From a virus: a stretch of 39,201 nucleotides of DNA. The stretch covers positions 1 through 39,201 of IMG/VR virus record IMGVR_UViG_3300047494_000030; one strand, given 5' to 3'. Below the pieces are notes generated by a model that worked only from the letters and a program-made list of their open reading frames with translations, made no database searches and was not told where the DNA came from. Positions 37,211 to 39,201 of the stretch are shown piece by piece; within the stretch, counting starts at the first letter, position 1, and each line of letters starts with the position of its first letter. The translations under genes were made by a program, and so were the position numbers.

Positions 37211-38177
37211 ACCCGCGAAACGCGAGAACGTCAACTTGCTTATAGGACTCGTTGCTGGTACCGGGGGTGGGAAAAGTTTCTCTGCAATGCGCTTGGCGTC
37301 TGGTATTTGCGGCGATCAGCCTTTCGCTGTGATCGACACCGAGGCTCGGCGCGCGCTCCACTATGCCGATCAATTCAAGTTTGATCATTGCGAGCTCAGC
37401 GCGCCATTCAGACCGCAGTCGTACCTCGACGCGATTCAAGCGGCCGACAAAGCGGGCTACAAAGCGATTGTGGTCGACTCAACTTCGCACATTTGGGCAG
37501 GTGATGGCGGCGTGCTCGACTGGCAGGAGGAAGAACTAGATCGCATGGCGGGAGACGATTGGAAAAAACGAGAGTCGGTCAAGATGGCCGCATGGATCAA
37601 GCCCAAGATGGCGCATAAGAAATTTGTGCAATCGCTGCTTCAGGTAAAGGCGCATCTGATCCTTTGCTTTCGCGCTGAACAGAAAATCGAAATGGTCAAG
37701 GAAAACGGCAAGATGGTGATTCGCGAGAAACAGTCGCTTACCGGGCTCGACGGCTGGCTTCCTGTGTGTGATAAAAACCTGCCGTTCGAGCTTACCTGTT
37801 CGTTTCTTCTGACCGCAGATCGGCCTGGCATTCCGCACTTCATCAAGCTGCAGGAACAGCACCGCGACATTTTTCCGGCTGGCAAACCCATTGACGAAGA
37901 AGCCGGCCGCCGTGTCGCCGCATGGGCGGCTGGTGGTGAGGCTAAGCCCGCAGTCGCTTCAACTGTCGATGCGCCGCATGCGGGACTCTCCGAATCCGAG
38001 CGCCTCTCGATCATCGACGGCATGGAGGCTTGTTCGACTCTCGAGGAGCTTGCCAAGTCGTTCACTGCGGCGGATGCTCGCGCTAAGGCGGTGAAGGACG
38101 TAGCGGCTCGTGAGGCGTTCGTCAAGGTCAAGGACCGTCGCAAGGCCATTCTCAGCGCGAAGGAGTTGATAGAGTGA
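37197..38177 (+). CDS. Sak4-like / AAA_24 P-loop ATPase (RecA-superfamily recombination protein)
   Basis: Walker A is LLIGLVAGTGGGKSFSA and the Walker-B-like motif is AIVVDSTSHIW. The start at MFQFRP has AAAGGA upstream. Confidence 0.7.
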   Translation: MFQFRPAKRENVNLLIGLVAGTGGGKSFSAMRLASGICGDQPFAVIDTEARRALHYADQFKFDHCELSAPFRPQSYLDAIQAADKAGYKAIVVDSTSHIWAGDGGVLDWQEEELDRMAGDDWKKRESVKMAAWIKPKMAHKKFVQSLLQVKAHLILCFRAEQKIEMVKENGKMVIREKQSLTGLDGWLPVCDKNLPFELTCSFLLTADRPGIPHFIKLQEQHRDIFPAGKPIDEEAGRRVAAWAAGGEAKPAVASTVDAPHAGLSESERLSIIDGMEACSTLEELAKSFTAADARAKAVKDVAAREAFVKVKDRRKAILSAKELIE

Positions 38178-38229
38178 AGTTCAGATTACCTTTTAAGTGG
38201 CCTTTTCGTTCAGGAGCGTGCCAGCGGTC

Positions 38230-39030
38230 ATGCTCCATGGGCATTCAATTGAACCGCCGGCCTTGGAAGAACCTGACGTGAGCGTCTACACGCCGTTAGC
38301 TGGTCCTGACAATATCGAGCGGATCTCGCGCTGCCCTGGCAGCTTGAGCATGGAGTCTCGCTTTCCGGAACCGGACGACATCTGGTCCGAATCCCGTCTG
38401 CTGGCTGCGATGATGCTGCTTAAGACCGCGCCGTCTGGTGACGATCGGCAAGCATTGCTGCTGCCTTACGTCGATTCGATCACTGCTCGCATGGAGCGCC
38501 TTAAAACCAGTGGCACGGTCACGATGCGCGTCAACGAGCGCTTGCCGATTTCGACCATGACTGGCGAGAAAAACGCGGTGATTGTGGCTGATGCCATCAT
38601 GTTGGCGCAGCAAGGCGACGAGACGCTGCTTGAAGTCGACGTCATCGACTTTGGCACCAGCTATGACGAGGTCGCGGCACGCGCCAAGCTGCGGATGTTC
38701 GGTCTCGCAGCCGCCATCAAGCACGAGTCGCTCAATACCTTCGGTAGCATCGTGCTGCGCCTGCACATGCCACGGCTAAAAGCGATGCGCATGGAGCCGG
38801 TCGAGTACACGGTGACGCTTGACTCGCTGATTTCATGGGGTATGGGCCTGTACGAGAGTGCCGAGATGGCTTTGCAGATCCTCGACGACGGTCCGGCAAC
38901 GGCGCTTAACCATCTGCAAGCCGGTGAGATTCAATGCGCAGGTTGCCGAGCTAAGGCGAGTTGCCCTGCTTTTAACAAGGAGAATAAAGGATATGTATCC
39001 CTTGACAGCAGGTATAACGGAAAGGATTGA
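38230..39030 (+). CDS. DUF2800-like PD-(D/E)XK nuclease with C-terminal Cys cluster
   Basis: ISRCPGSLSME lies near the N-terminus and CAGCRAKASCPAF at the C-terminus, and the gene partners the AAA_24 gene. The start is uncertain (GTG 38197 or ATG 38230). Confidence 0.55.
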   Translation: MLHGHSIEPPALEEPDVSVYTPLAGPDNIERISRCPGSLSMESRFPEPDDIWSESRLLAAMMLLKTAPSGDDRQALLLPYVDSITARMERLKTSGTVTMRVNERLPISTMTGEKNAVIVADAIMLAQQGDETLLEVDVIDFGTSYDEVAARAKLRMFGLAAAIKHESLNTFGSIVLRLHMPRLKAMRMEPVEYTVTLDSLISWGMGLYESAEMALQILDDGPATALNHLQAGEIQCAGCRAKASCPAFNKENKGYVSLDSRYNGKD

Positions 39031-39074
39031 TTTATGCATCTTTTTTCGACACTGTTAGTACATTCCGGGGGATT

Positions 39075-39201
39075 CTAATGAAGACTGAACTAGAGGCCGT
39101 TCGCACTTGGGCGAAGGAAAAGATCGCGTCGGGGGCAGAACCCCCATGGGCGTGGTATCAATACATGAAGCTGATTGAGACTACGGACGCGATTTTAAGC
39201 G
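39075..39201. repeat. Terminal overlap copy 2 (identical to 1-127); contains the 5' part of the 88-aa ORF from 39078
   Basis: Direct comparison of the window ends. Confidence 0.97.

Noticed and set aside
1-39201. Integrase/excisionase, reverse transcriptase with DGR template/variable repeats, CRISPR array, phage RNAP or DNAP, rRNA
   Set aside because: No ORF of suitable size shows the relevant motifs: no R..H.R..Y recombinase-type protein, no YxDD reverse-transcriptase motif and no polymerase motifs. No array of regularly spaced direct repeats exists. The fibre and tailspike C-termini have no second diverged copy elsewhere that I could spot.

Overview
The window is one complete, circularly closed dsDNA phage genome. 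Bases 1-127 are identical to 39075-39201, so the unit length is 39,074 bp, and the 127-bp overlap looks like an assembler k-mer signature rather than a biological terminal repeat. The DNA is GC-rich by eye, with a few visibly AT-richer islands.

Gene layout:
- A ~25.8 kb minus-strand late arm (26622 down to 859) has a T7/podovirus-like gene order. It runs through small proteins, a KTSC protein, large terminase, two small ORFs, portal, an odd array of polybasic mini-ORFs, scaffold-like genes and major capsid. It continues with adaptor/nozzle-like tail proteins, three large internal-virion-type proteins, tail fibre and beta-helix tailspike. It ends in a translationally coupled lysis cassette: membrane protein, DUF5675/YkuD-like endolysin candidate, holin, and Rz with embedded Rz1.
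- A small plus-strand four-gene cassette (27169-27735) sits behind a 546-bp non-coding region that carries a consensus sigma70 promoter.
- A minus-strand early-left operon (29956 down to 27892) encodes a Cro/YdaS-like HTH, small proteins, a Zn finger, a DUF1376 replication protein, VRR-NUC and a CI-like HTH.
- A plus-strand early-right operon (30060-39030) wraps through the junction to 809. It encodes PD-(D/E)XK nucleases, C5 and DPPY DNA methyltransferases, an HNH endonuclease, a Lar-domain fusion, a J-domain protein and a Sak4-like ATPase.

Not found: phage RNA polymerase, DNA polymerase, integrase, reverse transcriptase, CRISPR array, rRNA or a complete tRNA.

Most unusual observations:
- The cluster of seven SD-preceded Arg/Lys-rich mini-ORFs between portal and head genes.
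- The long promoter-bearing non-coding region with direct repeats.
- A tRNA 3'-half-like element in a genome with no integrase.
- Iteron-like repeats inside the DUF1376 gene.

All functional calls come from motif recognition and synteny by eye. No database search was run.
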